Part shown: positions 22,173 through 23,731 of the stretch, one piece after another
Layout of the letters: the number at the start of each line of letters is the position of its first letter
Numbering within the stretch: position 1 is the stretch's first letter
NCBI GenBank assembly: GCA_905331295.1
Contig: CAJNYD010000214.1
Location: forward strand, 124,001-147,731
Direction of reading: 5' to 3'
DNA length: 23,731 nucleotides
Source: Rotaria socialis
Taxonomy: Eukaryota
Translations under genes and position numbers: made by a program
Notes under the pieces: model-generated
Told to the model about the DNA's origin: nothing
The model's database searches: none
Seen by the model: the letters and a program-made list of their open reading frames with translations, nothing else

Positions 22173-23260
22173 ACCACTTCGATTAATTCTTCAAAGATAA
22201 AAAATAGATTAACAGTCAAACTTTACTTTAACATTTCAATTCTTGCAATGTCAGTTAGTTCGAGTTTGTCTTTCAGCATGTCTTTGTCAGTGAAAAATAA
22301 TGATACAGAAATTAAATAATCGAACTATTAAGTATGCCGAATCCTTAACGACATATGACACATCGCTATAGACTACTAGATGTTGGTGCTCGTTTGCATC
22401 GTATTTCAATGATGATGAACCATTCGATATCATATGATATTTACCCCGATATGTTCAGTGCTTAGAGAACAATAACAAAGGTGAATTGCTTCACTTAATG
22501 ATACTTCTTTAGCAGTACGATATACACAATTGAAGTGCTCTGTATACTGTCTATCTATTTTTGTTGAAGTTTACAATGCTAAAATCCTTCAACGAATCAT
22601 AATTTTCTTGAATTTAACCGCTCCACACCTCTAATGCGAAGAAATATGCAACGATAATCGTTCGATTGGATTCCTCGAAGATTTTTCTCGATAAACTATG
22701 ATTACACTCTTCAATAATTAATAGCTAGAATAAATATTTTCTTCATGTTACCGAACTGATTTTTCTATGAATAGATTTTTTTTACACTGTCAATCATATG
22801 TGTACCATATTTTTGTTTTTCATGCTTAGTTTATTATTCGGTAAATGATTCGTTTAAAAATATCACTGAATAATTTAGATTCAAGCAACTGTTTTTCAAT
22901 TGAGTTCAATTAGAACTAAACAATTTGCTCAATACTTTATTCTGAAACATAAAACACTGCCAATCGAATATAGTAAATTACATGGATTATTATTTCATCC
23001 GTATTATTAATCATCAAATGTATCGAATTTTCGATTTTAGTATCTTTTGGATAATTACGCCACAACATTGGTATTATACGATTGAACATGCATTGACAAC
23101 TTCTCATTTTTTTTTGTAGTTAATTTTCTCACAATCCTATCATCAGTATTGTCAGTAGTTGGAGTTATGACATGGAAGCATGAACACTATTGGAAACTTA
23201 CAGTTGCTGATCAAGTAAACGCCATCTTTAACAATCGAGTCATTTCTATGGGAATTACAC

Positions 23261-23454
23261 GTCCTTTGTGAAGCGACCCTTCTTGTATAAAAAAAGAGTA
23301 GAGATAAAAATGATTTCGTACTCTGCATCTCCACGAGTAAAATTGCTCATTACAACTTACCAAGAGATAAATGATCTTTAGTGATCAAATACATGTTGCG
23401 ATGACGAAATTGTGCTGGTTGTTGGAAACAATGATCTGCCAGAGCAACACTTTT
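23261..23454 (-). pseudogene. Decayed coding fragment B, inverted paralog of fragment A
   Basis: The minus-strand translation with one frameshift is KSVALADHCFQQPAQFRHRNMYLITKDHLSLGK/VMSNFTRGDAEYEIIFISTLFLYKKGRFTKD. It shares a 17-nt exact core with A: 23388-23404 is the reverse complement of 22018-22034. Confidence 0.55.
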
Positions 23455-23494
23455 CTTAAAATTAAAATGCACTATCGATTTATTGTACGAATCT

Positions 23495-23731
23495 ACCCAG
23501 GAGGATCATCCTGCCGTCTGAAAGGCCATCGGAAACGGCTATAAAACGACATAAAACGGCATTAATTTTCACCCTATTTCGCTGTAATCCGTCAGCTCGT
23601 TTTACGGGCCGTTTATTTTTGCTAGAAAACGGCCATCGCTTTTAACACTATTCTCTTCGTTTTCCGAGCTGACGGAAAACGGCGCCGTTTTTTAACGTTT
23701 TACATCGTTTTTTTGCCGTTTCAGGCCGTTT
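23495..23731. mobile_element. GC-rich, internally palindromic repeat (putative MITE / non-autonomous DNA transposon), truncated by the window end
   Basis: GC content rises abruptly from TACCCAGG at ~23495. There are many AAACGGC / GCCGTTT motifs on both strands, a perfect 12-bp inverted pair (23588-23599 / 23665-23676), an inner pair GGCCGTTT/AAACGGCC (23607-23614 / 23627-23634) and a perfect 16-bp palindrome AAAACGGCGCCGTTTT at 23676-23691. No coding capacity is evident. Confidence 0.6.

Noticed and set aside
22035..22319. ORF-track ORFs 22035-22319 (+) and 23152-23334 (-) as intact genes
   Set aside because: Both start on non-ATG codons and overlap frameshifted paralogous remnants, so they are treated as pseudogene fragments.
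1..23731. Prokaryotic operon, defence island or CRISPR array interpretation
   Set aside because: Genes carry spliceosomal GT-AG introns and include animal-type GLMP, TM2D1 and TIS11-like genes. I saw no regularly spaced direct repeats and no rRNA or tRNA genes.

Overview
AT-rich eukaryotic (metazoan) genomic DNA, not prokaryotic. Genes are compact and mostly split by short 45-72 nt GT-AG introns, so the ORF track shows exon fragments and false TTG/GTG starts. The intron sizes, composition and mix of animal genes with a microbial-type globin suggest a bdelloid rotifer (inference, not proven). I reconstructed seven intact genes by hand: (1) an intronless sensor-globin/protoglobin-family gene, 1926-2570 (+); (2) a 2-exon Ser/Arg-rich disordered protein, 3394-4994 (+); (3) GLMP/NCU-G1, 4 exons, 6140-7896 (-); (4) TM2D1, 3 exons, 9833-10537 (-); (5) a TIS11/ZFP36-like tandem CCCH protein, 3 exons, 11293-11982 (-); (6) a secreted prepro-protein with KR-flanked amphipathic cationic segments, 3 exons, 13462-14325 (-); (7) a 5-exon, 517-aa protein with five CUE/UBA-like modules fused to a YacP/Rae1-like NYN (PIN-fold) ribonuclease domain, 17017-18927 (+). 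Gene 7 is the most interesting candidate for an undescribed system, a possible ubiquitin-guided endoribonuclease. The last ~3 kb holds a spliced but disrupted gene fragment, two decayed paralogous coding fragments in inverted orientation, and a GC-rich palindromic MITE-like repeat cut by the window edge.
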